Shown here: in pieces, positions 9,724 to 18,569 of the stretch
How positions within the stretch are numbered: position 1 is the first letter of the stretch
Layout: each line of letters starts with the position of its first letter
NCBI GenBank assembly: GCA_021804105.1
Contig: JAJZKP010000004.1
Span: 1-59,852 of the forward strand
Direction of reading: 5' to 3'
Length of the DNA stretch: 59,852 bases
Source: Candidatus Micrarchaeota archaeon
Lineage (GTDB): Archaea; Micrarchaeota; Micrarchaeia; Micrarchaeales; CABMGC01
Position numbers and translations under genes: made by a program
The notes under the pieces: generated by a model
The model's database searches: none
The model's input: only the letters and a program-made list of their open reading frames with translations
What the model was told of the DNA's origin: nothing

Positions 9724-11487
9724 TCACTTCTCCTCTACTTTTACCCTTTTCTGCATGCCATACATTTCAATTATCTCTTTTGTAGATGTAGCATCCTCAG
9801 GGCTCTTGTCCTCTCTCACGCCATCGCTAACTATCCTTGGAAACCTCAGCGCATATCCAGTCTCTCCCTCCTTTCCGCAGGTATGCATAGGCGATTTTGT
9901 AATCTCGTCTGCCCTGACAGTAACCACATAAGTGGGTTCAACCCAGAAGTCCGGGACAACAACCGCATCTACGCGCGCAGGCTTGCCTGGTTTCTTTATC
10001 TTGTCAAGCAGTTTCTTGAAGGCCTTCATCTGCTCCTCTGAGAATCCGGTGCCAATCCTGGTTATAGTCTCGAACATGTCTCTCTTCTCGTTATATACCG
10101 CGGCCAACAGTCCGCCGAACTGGAACTCTGCACGTGAACCTCTGCCAAGATAGTATCCGACTATAACTAGATCAACAGTATCGGATAACTCGCCCTTGTA
10201 GCTTCTCTTCAGCTTTATCCAGCCGAACTTTCTTGCTCCGGCAACATATGGCGCATTGAGGTCCTTGGCCACTATCCCTTCCAGCCCCTCGGATATCTGC
10301 TCCTCGAAGTATTTCTCGAGCTCCTTAGGATTCTCCGCTATTATCCTTCCGGAAGGAATGATCGTCTTGCTTCCTCTTATTACATATTCTAGCTTCGCCC
10401 TCCTCTCGTGGTAAGGTTTCCCAAGGTAATCTTCTCCGTCTAGATACATCAGGTCAAAGGCGAATAGGTGCAGAGGCATGGTCTCGCTGAGCTCTTCTAT
10501 CCCATGCTTCCTTTTCCTCTGTATTGTCTCCTGGAACGGCCTGAACTCCCCAGTCTCTTCGTTGTACGCTATGGCCTCGCCCTCTATTATCGCGCGCTCG
10601 GCCTTGACCTCGGATAGAGCAGCTTTGGCTATTTCAGGAAGCATTGGCGTGAGCTTCTCCAGGTTCCGGGAGAATATCTCTACTTTCTTCTTGCCCTTGT
10701 CCAGGTGCACCTGCGCCCTCAGCCCGTCGTATTTTGACTCGACAGCGCACTTGCCGTGCATCTTCTCGAGTATCTCTTCCGATGTTGGAAGGCGCTCGGC
10801 CAGCGCGGGTCGGATGGGATTGAAGACTGAAACCTTGACCCTTTTTATGCCCTTCATTCCTGACTCAGCGAGCACTTCCCCGACTTTCCCAAGGTCGCCG
10901 CATATGTTGTATGCGTTCTCGAGCAGGGCCTTGGATGTCCTTTCTCCTGTGGCCGTTTTTGATAGAGCTTCGAGTATCGTGGCGTCTCCGGCGCCAAGGC
11001 GCACTTTTCCGAGCGCAAGCCTGATAATGTATCTGGCTTCCAAGGGGCTTGCAGAGGCTAGGAGCGCTGCAAGGTTGCGGATCTTGGCCTCCTGGCTGCC
11101 GGAACCGGATGTTGAGGCTGTTTTCAGCATCATAGCGAATACATCGCGCACGCTCTGCTTCCTTGAACTCATTCTCCTGAGCTTCGTCTTCCTGGCAAGG
11201 CCCTCTGCAGTGTTCCCGAGGTCTCCTGTCCTCTTCGCGTCAGCTACTACTTCCTCCTTGGTGAACCCTGTTGCTGATGCTATTGCCTGCTGGGCGAACT
11301 TCTCTGCTATTCCTATCTGTATGCCCTCGAAAGGAGGGCCGAGCAATCCCTGCGTCATATATATGAGCGGGCGAATCTCCTCTTTCTCTGCCTTACCGAA
11401 CATTTCGGCAAGTATGTCTATCATTGAGATCCTTGAAGTAACTGATTCCAGTTTCTCATAATACGATGCCGCATCCTCGAAGAGCAT
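9724..11487 (-). CDS. lig: ATP-dependent DNA ligase
   Basis: Adenylation motif ESKYDGLR, EGEA, FDLMY, EGIVAK, WIKLK, LRFPR. Start could also be 11505. Confidence 0.96.
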   Translation of the reverse strand: MLFEDAASYYEKLESVTSRISMIDILAEMFGKAEKEEIRPLIYMTQGLLGPPFEGIQIGIAEKFAQQAIASATGFTKEEVVADAKRTGDLGNTAEGLARKTKLRRMSSRKQSVRDVFAMMLKTASTSGSGSQEAKIRNLAALLASASPLEARYIIRLALGKVRLGAGDATILEALSKTATGERTSKALLENAYNICGDLGKVGEVLAESGMKGIKRVKVSVFNPIRPALAERLPTSEEILEKMHGKCAVESKYDGLRAQVHLDKGKKKVEIFSRNLEKLTPMLPEIAKAALSEVKAERAIIEGEAIAYNEETGEFRPFQETIQRKRKHGIEELSETMPLHLFAFDLMYLDGEDYLGKPYHERRAKLEYVIRGSKTIIPSGRIIAENPKELEKYFEEQISEGLEGIVAKDLNAPYVAGARKFGWIKLKRSYKGELSDTVDLVIVGYYLGRGSRAEFQFGGLLAAVYNEKRDMFETITRIGTGFSEEQMKAFKKLLDKIKKPGKPARVDAVVVPDFWVEPTYVVTVRADEITKSPMHTCGKEGETGYALRFPRIVSDGVREDKSPEDATSTKEIIEMYGMQKRVKVEEK

Positions 11488-11614
11488 CAGACCACTATTA
11501 GCCATTGCATGCAAACATTATATTGGTTGCCGTGCTTTGACTGAGACACGCTCTTGCAAGTGTCGGCGGCGGTTCCCCTTTTATATTTTGATTCTGCAAT
11601 GTTATTGTGGTCCA

Positions 11615-12262
11615 TTGCTAGAGTACAATAGCTTAAGCATAGAGACTGGCAGCAAGGTATACGTGCCTGCAGAGGATTCCCTGCTGGCGGCAAGGCTAGT
11701 CAGCGGGCACCTTGCAAAAGAGAGAAGACGCGGACTTGAAACCATAGACATTGGCACAGGCACGGGAATACTCGGGCTGGTAATGGCAATGGACAGGCAT
11801 GTCAGGAGCGTGAGGCTTTCAGACATAAATCCCGATGCAGTTGACCTGGCCAGGCGGAATTACGAAAGAAACAAGGACAAGCTTCATGCATCGTGCTTAT
11901 TCTCTGTTGCGGACATGTTCCCGATTGCAGATGAAAAGTACGATGTTATAATGTTCAATGCGCCGTACCTGAATAAAGAGAATGGGGAGAAGGGAGAGCC
12001 TTGGTGGGATGGAGGGAAAGAAGGCGTTGAAGTATCACTGCGCTTCATGGAAGGCGCAAAGATGCACATGAAATCCGGAGGATCTGTATTCCTCGTTTAC
12101 AGTTCCTTGGGGAATGAGGGGAAACTCCTCGAAGGCATAAATAAGCTTGGTTTCGTTATTCTGGAAACAAGGAGCGAGCACTATTTCTTTGAGGATATAA
12201 GAGTCTCAAGAATGGTTAAGGGGCCGAGATCCCACCGTGCCCTTTCCGGGGAAAGCGTATGA
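11615..12262 (+). CDS. HemK/PrmC-like SAM-dependent methyltransferase
   Basis: VYVPAEDS, DIGTGTG, DINP.A, FNAPY (NPPY-like), DGGKEG. Start moved to TTG 11615 after GTGGT (track start 11537). Confidence 0.85.
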   Translation: MLEYNSLSIETGSKVYVPAEDSLLAARLVSGHLAKERRRGLETIDIGTGTGILGLVMAMDRHVRSVRLSDINPDAVDLARRNYERNKDKLHASCLFSVADMFPIADEKYDVIMFNAPYLNKENGEKGEPWWDGGKEGVEVSLRFMEGAKMHMKSGGSVFLVYSSLGNEGKLLEGINKLGFVILETRSEHYFFEDIRVSRMVKGPRSHRALSGESV

Positions 12263-12689
12263 CATTGGCCCTGGACAGCGAGTCGTCGAGTTTATGAATC
12301 TCCCTTGCAAGGTCCTGCACTATGTCATGCCATGATACCTGTGCTTCAGGGCGGAGTGGGGAAAATTTCGAGTGAAGCGAGAATATTTCCACTGCAGCGC
12401 CCAAGGCATCGGTCAGGGCGATCCTCTTTTCCCCCATGTCCCTGGCCTCGTTTGCTATCTTAACAAACTCTGTGTATTCGGCGCGCTTCTGTTCTATCTT
12501 CATATTGACTTCGCCATTGCATTCGCCAAGCCATGCGCTGCGCGTATCCGGCCTTTTCAATATAATGACCTTGGCAAGAGGAGCACCTGGTAAGTCGGCT
12601 TGGTTGCCATTGCGGGGCTGCGCCGGTGCGCGTTGCCTGAACGGAAGTATCTCGGCCATTTGAGGATTCTTGCGCAATAGCCCCATCAT
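12216..12689 (-). CDS. Hypothetical protein
   Basis: 157-aa ORF overlapping the upstream gene's stop (ATGA), helical core, no family recognised. Confidence 0.55.
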   Translation of the reverse strand: MMGLLRKNPQMAEILPFRQRAPAQPRNGNQADLPGAPLAKVIILKRPDTRSAWLGECNGEVNMKIEQKRAEYTEFVKIANEARDMGEKRIALTDALGAAVEIFSLHSKFSPLRPEAQVSWHDIVQDLAREIHKLDDSLSRANVIRFPRKGHGGISAP

Positions 12690-13054
12690 ACACGCCTCAT
12701 GGCCGTGAAGTCCATTTGTCCGCTCCTGTATGCTGCTTCTATGGCCTTGCCAGGATCCCCGCTGTAATAATCGTTAAGCATTTTCGAGAGCCCGTGACGC
12801 CTGAATGCAGCCCTGCCGGGGGTCTTGCCTTTTGATGCTGCTTCAACAATGACATTGCCGATAAGGCCTATGCGCACACAGTTGTCCTTAAGATCCTCCT
12901 TGCTTGGCTTGCTGCCGTGGACTTTTTGCGAGAATCTTTTCTGACGAACAACCATGAGGCATGCTTTTCTGCAATCGAATTCAGGAGCAGTCTGCCTGCC
13001 TCCACTGATCAGGATTAACCTGCCACTAGGCCTTCCACGCGCCTGAAATTCCAC
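12686..13054 (-). CDS. Hypothetical protein
   Basis: GGAGGTG ribosome-binding site before the GTG start; no family recognised. Confidence 0.6.
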   Translation of the reverse strand: MEFQARGRPSGRLILISGGRQTAPEFDCRKACLMVVRQKRFSQKVHGSKPSKEDLKDNCVRIGLIGNVIVEAASKGKTPGRAAFRRHGLSKMLNDYYSGDPGKAIEAAYRSGQMDFTAMRRV

Positions 13055-13234
13055 TGTGACACCTCCATTTACGCTACTACTCCGTGTCTTTTAAGACTTT
13101 TCTACAAAAGTCAGGGATACTCATCCTTGAACTTAACATTCTCGGGAGCAGGCTTCCCGCATGCCTTGCAATAGATGGTCTTGTCGCCTATGTACCTGCG
13201 GAACTCCCTGCTTCCGCATTCGCACACGTATGGT

Positions 13235-14236
13235 TCAGCCTTCACTCATCTCCCTCTCGATTAAATCAATTCTGGCAAAGTATCCGCCCCTTGCAAGGTA
13301 CGTGCCAAGCTCTAGGTTTACGCCAATGCTGCTCGGGTCAATGCCGCTTTTCTTTGCAGAGTTCATCCTTGTTACCATAGGCCTGAGCATGTCCATCAAT
13401 TCGCTGGCATCCTCTCTGTACATTTCCATAGAACCAAGTTGGAGTTTCCTCCTATATAACTCGGCAAGCTCCACTTGGGTCTTGTACACGGAAAGGAGCG
13501 CTCCTGCCACCCTCATTGCCCCATCAGGTTCTCCGTAGGCCTTGCGTGCTGCCAGTATCTGTTTTCTCATAAGACCAAGGAGCATAATTTCCTGTTCTGA
13601 CAAGGCAGGGGGTGCGCGGGGCTTCTGGCTCGGAATAGCATTCTTTCTTAAGAGCTGTCGCGGCTCGATTGGATAAGGTTGTATCCTTGTGTTTAGCGTT
13701 ATGGCAGCGCAAGAGCTATCCTGCGCTTTGTCATGCACCCTGATTTCTTGATTCTTGTATTGCGTAGATGTAGCACTGGAGATTCCTTGTCTCTCTTCCC
13801 CTTGCCTTTCCCTCTGCCAGGCAAGTTCCTGTCTGGGAAGCCCGTTTGCCTTTATGGCAGCGTATATTGCACTCTTGCCATTTCCGAGCTCCCTGGCGAT
13901 CTGCGAGACAGGCATGCCGGTGCCGCGGAGCACAGCGAGCCTTGAAGCGTCTACCCTCGACGGGACTCCAAAACGCGCCTTGTTTGAATTGATGCCATAT
14001 CGCTTGTACGCGCTGCGCACTGATGATCTTGATACTTGGTATAAGCTGGCTATCTCTGGCACTGTGAGTCCGTCCTCCGTAACAGACTCGAGCTGCTCCT
14101 TGGTTATTTTAGGTATCGGACCTTTCCTACGCATGCCAGGAAGCCTGGGTCTGGACCCTTCGGTTATTGCACTGCGCATTGTGCACGCAGAAGCAGTATA
14201 AGGACTCTTGCCCTGCATGATAGATAAACCTTGCAG
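13235..14236 (-). CDS. Tandem-HTH protein with uncharacterised C-terminal helical domain
   Basis: Two HTH units (GLTVPEIASLYQVSRSSVRSA; GMPVSQIARELGNGKSAIYAA); paralog of the next gene. Start is either CTG 14236 after GGTGAT or ATG 14218. Confidence 0.7.
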   Translation of the reverse strand: MQGLSIMQGKSPYTASACTMRSAITEGSRPRLPGMRRKGPIPKITKEQLESVTEDGLTVPEIASLYQVSRSSVRSAYKRYGINSNKARFGVPSRVDASRLAVLRGTGMPVSQIARELGNGKSAIYAAIKANGLPRQELAWQRERQGEERQGISSATSTQYKNQEIRVHDKAQDSSCAAITLNTRIQPYPIEPRQLLRKNAIPSQKPRAPPALSEQEIMLLGLMRKQILAARKAYGEPDGAMRVAGALLSVYKTQVELAELYRRKLQLGSMEMYREDASELMDMLRPMVTRMNSAKKSGIDPSSIGVNLELGTYLARGGYFARIDLIEREMSEG

Positions 14237-14279
14237 TGAATCACCAAACTATTTCTCATGATCAGATTACCTTGGGCTA

Positions 14280-14291
14280 TTTATATTGCTT
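14280..14291 (-). promoter_or_regulatory. BRE/TATA-like promoter AAGCAATATAAA
   Basis: The same 12-mer lies upstream of the paralog (15310-15321). Confidence 0.5.
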
Positions 14292-14312
14292 TTCTTCGAA
14301 AATATCAGGATA

Positions 14313-15272
14313 TCAGAAGCTGCCCATCTCGTCTTCAAGATCCTGAACTTCCTTGTCTCTCCTCTGCGCGTAAGTCGTCCTATGCAGCAGGTAATCGGCT
14401 ATCTCGCGGGAAGGTCTGACTGCGGCAGGGTCCCTTCCTAGCATCTTCGAGAGCCGCATCTCTTCAAGCATGGGATTGACAAGCATGAGCATGCTCTTCC
14501 TGAGCTCCTGAGTCTCTTCTGCCCTGGAATATTCGTGTATCTTGAAGTACACATCCCCAAGTTCCTTCTGGTCCTCTGCAATTGAGAGTAGTGCACCTAC
14601 AAGTCTTATAGCGTCTTTGGCTTCGAGTGCATTTGTTGCTTCCTCGAATTGCCTTGAAGCATGATCTAGCAGGGACCTCTTTCTCGACTCGGCCGATATC
14701 CCAGAGTCTTCGTGCGTGATGGGCTTCCAGTTCTGGGTAAGATCAATTATCTGCCGGGTTGAGCGACGCTTCACTGGTCCTGCGCCATTGCTCTCTGGCG
14801 CCTTTACTGGTTTCTCCTTGGTGCGATTTGCCTGTGCTGTTTCTGTGGCATGGGCCTTCCGTTCGGATTCTTGCCTCTTTATACCATATCTCTTGCACGC
14901 ATTATAGACACTTGCCTTGGTTACCTCGAATGTCTTCGCAATCTCACGCACAGAGGTCCCAGCATCCAAGAGTTCCTGGAGCGCCTGCGGGTCTATCTTT
15001 CTGCGCGTGGATCCGCGTGGACGGGTCTCGGCAACGGTTTTTCTTTGGGAGACATACTTATTTGGAACTGAGGGCGCCGTGGCTTCTGCGACAGTGCCGT
15101 TTCCATTGTCAGACCTTGCAGCTTCGAGCAGGGCCTTAACCTTGTCCTCATGCATGTCAAGTATCTTCGCCACGTGATGCGCACTTCCGGAGACTCGCTC
15201 CAATGCCAGGAGCTTCGTTGCAGACGGGATTCCTTTCCCTGTCTTGCCAGCACGTGCAACATTTTCTCCCAG
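14313..15272 (-). CDS. HTH protein with uncharacterised C-terminal helical domain
   Basis: HTH GTSVREIAKTFEVTKASVYNACKRYGI plus an N-terminal HTH-like unit. Start proposed at CTG 15272 after GGTGAT (track start TTG 15203). Confidence 0.7.
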   Translation of the reverse strand: MGENVARAGKTGKGIPSATKLLALERVSGSAHHVAKILDMHEDKVKALLEAARSDNGNGTVAEATAPSVPNKYVSQRKTVAETRPRGSTRRKIDPQALQELLDAGTSVREIAKTFEVTKASVYNACKRYGIKRQESERKAHATETAQANRTKEKPVKAPESNGAGPVKRRSTRQIIDLTQNWKPITHEDSGISAESRKRSLLDHASRQFEEATNALEAKDAIRLVGALLSIAEDQKELGDVYFKIHEYSRAEETQELRKSMLMLVNPMLEEMRLSKMLGRDPAAVRPSREIADYLLHRTTYAQRRDKEVQDLEDEMGSF

Positions 15273-15309
15273 TAGATCACCGAATACGCGTTTAGAGTAT
15301 ATATTTACA

Positions 15310-15321
15310 TTTATATTGCTT
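15310..15321 (-). promoter_or_regulatory. BRE/TATA-like promoter AAGCAATATAAA
   Basis: Identical to 14280-14291; 38 nt upstream of the proposed start. Confidence 0.5.
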
Positions 15322-15332
15322 CACTGGAGGAT

Positions 15333-16580
15333 TCAGTCTTTGATCCTGAGAACTTTCCTTACCTTGGATATGGCGTCTACGGCCTTATCGACCTCCTCTT
15401 CCATGTTATACAGGTAGAAACTCATCCGTGCAACAGATGTCTCTTCAAGAACCTGGTTGACAAGGGGCATTGCGCAATGATGTCCTGCCCTTATTGCTAT
15501 GCCTTCACTGTCGAATATCGTTGCCACGTCATGCGGATGGGCTCCGTCTATGTTGAATGATACTACCCCTCCACGCTTATCTGCATCCTTTAAACCAGGG
15601 CCGTATACCTTGACCCCTTTGACCTCATCAAGGCGCTTCAGGGCATATCTTGCAATTTTCATCTCATGTTCGCGGATCCTTCGCATGCCTATCCTTTCGA
15701 GGTACTCTATTGCCGCAGCAAGGCCCACCCCGCCTTCCATGTTCGGGGTTCCAGACTCAAATTTCCATGGAAGTTCGTTCCAGTCAGCGGAATCGAATGT
15801 AACGCTTCGTATCATATCGCTGCCGACTATTGCAGGAGTGATTGACTCAAGGAGCTGATCCTTCCCGTAGAGCACCCCGATTCCGGCAGGGCCCAGCATC
15901 TTATGGCTCGAGAATGTAAGGAAATCGCAATCCATGTCCTTTACGTCGACAGGCATGTGCGGCACTGATTGTGCTGCGTCTATCAGGACCAGCGCTCCGG
16001 CCTTGTGCGCCAGCCGTGCCATCTCCTTGGCATCGTTTATGGTGCCAAGCACATTTGATGCATGCGTTATCGCAACCATCTTTGGCCCATGTTCCAGCTT
16101 TTCCTTGAAGTCGTCCATGTCGACGAATGATTTGTCCTTGAGCTTCGCATGCTCCAATATCGCCTTCTTCCTCTTTGCAAGCATGAGCCACGGAACTATG
16201 TTGCTGTGGTGCTCCATGTCGGTTATCAGTATGCGATCTCCCTTTTCGATATTCGGCTCGCCCCATGACAGTGCAACTATGTTTATCGCATCGGTAGTAT
16301 TCCTGCAATAGATTATGTCGCGGTATGATTCCGCGTTTATCAGTTTTGCAGAGAGTTCCTTGGAGCGCTGGTACTCTTCAGTAGATCTCATTGACAATTC
16401 GTAAAGGCCGCGATGTATGTTGGCGTTGAATGTCTTGTAGTATTCGCTTACCCGGTTTATCACATAGAGGGGCTTTTGCGAAGTGGCTGCGCTGTCCAGG
16501 TATACCAGCGGCTTTCCATGGTTTGTGGTGGAAAGTATGGGAAAGTCCTTCCTTATATCGGTTACATCAATGCCAGCCAA
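15333..16580 (-). CDS. sufS: Cysteine desulfurase SufS
   Basis: YLDSAATSQKP, EHHSN, DAAQ, SSHKM (PLP lysine), RAGHHCA. Confidence 0.96.
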   Translation of the reverse strand: MAGIDVTDIRKDFPILSTTNHGKPLVYLDSAATSQKPLYVINRVSEYYKTFNANIHRGLYELSMRSTEEYQRSKELSAKLINAESYRDIIYCRNTTDAINIVALSWGEPNIEKGDRILITDMEHHSNIVPWLMLAKRKKAILEHAKLKDKSFVDMDDFKEKLEHGPKMVAITHASNVLGTINDAKEMARLAHKAGALVLIDAAQSVPHMPVDVKDMDCDFLTFSSHKMLGPAGIGVLYGKDQLLESITPAIVGSDMIRSVTFDSADWNELPWKFESGTPNMEGGVGLAAAIEYLERIGMRRIREHEMKIARYALKRLDEVKGVKVYGPGLKDADKRGGVVSFNIDGAHPHDVATIFDSEGIAIRAGHHCAMPLVNQVLEETSVARMSFYLYNMEEEVDKAVDAISKVRKVLRIKD

Positions 16581-16584
16581 GCAA

Positions 16585-17310
16585 TCACTTTGCTTCGTAT
16601 CCTTCCTTCTCGATCTTCTCTATGAGTTCCTTGCCGCCTTCCCTAATTATCTTGCCCTCATGCATCACGTGTATGAATTGCGGTGACATATAATTAAGTA
16701 TCCTGCTGTAGTGGGTTATGACAAGAAGGCCGTTCTTCGTCTTCTCCTGCTGCTCTATTATGCTCTGGGCCACTAGTCTAACCGCATCTACGTCAAGGCC
16801 GGAGTCGGGCTCATCAAGTATTGCAAGCCGGGGTTTCAGCACTGACATCTGCAGTATTTCAGTCTTCTTTTTCTCCCCTCCGGAGAAACCGTAATTTAAC
16901 GACCTTCCGATAAGGTCTTCCTTTATCTTCAGCTTTGTCGACGTATCCTTGATCTCAGTCATAAAATCCTTGAATGACTGGGAAGTGCCAGCCGCTCCTC
17001 TCGCGGTGTTCAGGAAATTCATCAGGCCCAGGCCCTCTATCTCGGTAGGGTTCTGGAACTGCAGGAATATGCCTTTCTTGGAGCGCTCGTTGGGCTTCAG
17101 GTCCTTTATGCTCTCTCCGTCAAGCAGTATGTCTCCGCTCGTTATCTTGAGCTGCGGATGCCCCATTATGGCCTTTGCAAGAGTCGTCTTTCCGGATCCA
17201 TTCGGCCCCATAAGCACATGCTGCTCATTCTCCCTTATAGTCAGCGTGACTCCCTTTACTATCTCTTTCCCTTCAGCTTCTACGTGCAGGTCTTTTATTT
17301 CCAATAACAT
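16585..17310 (-). CDS. sufC: Fe-S assembly ATPase SufC
   Basis: MGPNGSGKT, FSGGEKK, LDEPDSGLDVD, ITHY. Confidence 0.96.
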   Translation of the reverse strand: MLLEIKDLHVEAEGKEIVKGVTLTIRENEQHVLMGPNGSGKTTLAKAIMGHPQLKITSGDILLDGESIKDLKPNERSKKGIFLQFQNPTEIEGLGLMNFLNTARGAAGTSQSFKDFMTEIKDTSTKLKIKEDLIGRSLNYGFSGGEKKKTEILQMSVLKPRLAILDEPDSGLDVDAVRLVAQSIIEQQEKTKNGLLVITHYSRILNYMSPQFIHVMHEGKIIREGGKELIEKIEKEGYEAK

Positions 17311-17314
17311 ATTC

Positions 17315-18553
17315 TCACCTTGTTGGCCTCGCCACCATCCAGATATTCCTTGGTGTTATCTCTGAAAGCGTGCCGAATGTCTTCTTGTCGAGTTTGTCAA
17401 GCATTATGGACATGGCTATCTCCCTTGCCGATGGGCTGGATATCTTTGATATGTATTTTGAGATGAATGCCGAGATAAATAGCTTTCTTGCCTGCGATTC
17501 CTCTATGCCCCTTGAAGTCAGGTAGAATAGCGCATCCTGGTCTATGGGTGTAGTGGATGCAGAATGGGATGCCTTGACTTCGTTGCTGTAGTCTATTGAT
17601 AGATCCGGCAATGCGTCCATGTGCGCATCCTTGCTCATCAATATCCCTTTCTCAACTATTGTTGAGACCGATCCCCGTGTCTTGTCGGCGACCTTCGCAA
17701 AGCCCTTTAGCATGCACTTTGAGAGGTCATCAAGGACGACGCCAGACTCGAGAAAGACAGAGCTATACGGGGTGGAATTTATTATTGCAGTGTCTATGTC
17801 AAATTGCTGTGATGAAATGCCAAACGCGAGCTCTGTGACCTCTATCCTGCTTGCCTGGCCTTTTGCATCGAGTATTGACCTGGCTTTTGTAGCATTGCTT
17901 CCGCAATAGACAGAGTTTAGGTAAAGCTTTGCCTTTTCGCCTGTGCCGCCCTTGCATAGGCTTACAACCGAGGTCCTCTCATTCTCATTATGGAATGCGT
18001 TGATTTCCATTACGGAATTCTCCGCGCATTCCACCTCGTGGAGCACTGAGATTGTTGCGCTGTCGGCTGCACTTGAGAAATAGAATTCCGATACTTCCGC
18101 CTTTGCAGACTCCCCGCTCTTTACGAATACTTCGGCGGAAAGGTGGCCAGTGGTTGCAAATAATATATTCAGTGTTGATTTTGCGTTCTTCGCAGTATTT
18201 ATCTTTATAAAATATTTTGCTTTTGAGTTTATGTATGCGGCAAGCTTATCCTCGCTGCTCTTGAAAATCTTGTTCTCAAGCATGCCCTCATCAGCATCCT
18301 CTGCCTTTGTTATCTGCACGTTCGGATTAGAGCTTCTTGCAAACGAATTTGTCACAACGGCATCAAACTTTATTCTGGTCTTTTCAGATATCTGGCTTAC
18401 CATCTTATCCAGATCCGCGTCCGCGGCACTGCCTGAATTTAGGTTGTCAGGCAGGGCTATGGCCAGGCTATACTTCTTGTACAGCTCGTTCATCTCTATT
18501 GGCAGAGACTTATAGTGCTGCATGGCTTCCTTTACGAATTCCGAGTAAGTCAT
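17315..18553 (-). CDS. sufD: Fe-S assembly protein SufD
   Basis: P.L.I...EVKASHSAS, LFYLTSRGI; lies between sufB and sufC. Start moved to MTYSEF. Confidence 0.88.
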   Translation of the reverse strand: MTYSEFVKEAMQHYKSLPIEMNELYKKYSLAIALPDNLNSGSAADADLDKMVSQISEKTRIKFDAVVTNSFARSSNPNVQITKAEDADEGMLENKIFKSSEDKLAAYINSKAKYFIKINTAKNAKSTLNILFATTGHLSAEVFVKSGESAKAEVSEFYFSSAADSATISVLHEVECAENSVMEINAFHNENERTSVVSLCKGGTGEKAKLYLNSVYCGSNATKARSILDAKGQASRIEVTELAFGISSQQFDIDTAIINSTPYSSVFLESGVVLDDLSKCMLKGFAKVADKTRGSVSTIVEKGILMSKDAHMDALPDLSIDYSNEVKASHSASTTPIDQDALFYLTSRGIEESQARKLFISAFISKYISKISSPSAREIAMSIMLDKLDKKTFGTLSEITPRNIWMVARPTR

Positions 18554-18569
18554 AAAGATCACGCTGCAA

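Noticed and set aside
10478-11461. Long antisense ORFs (327 aa here; others opposite nuoL, nuoN and the antiporter)
   Set aside because: Shadows of well-supported genes on the other strand, with no recognisable motifs.
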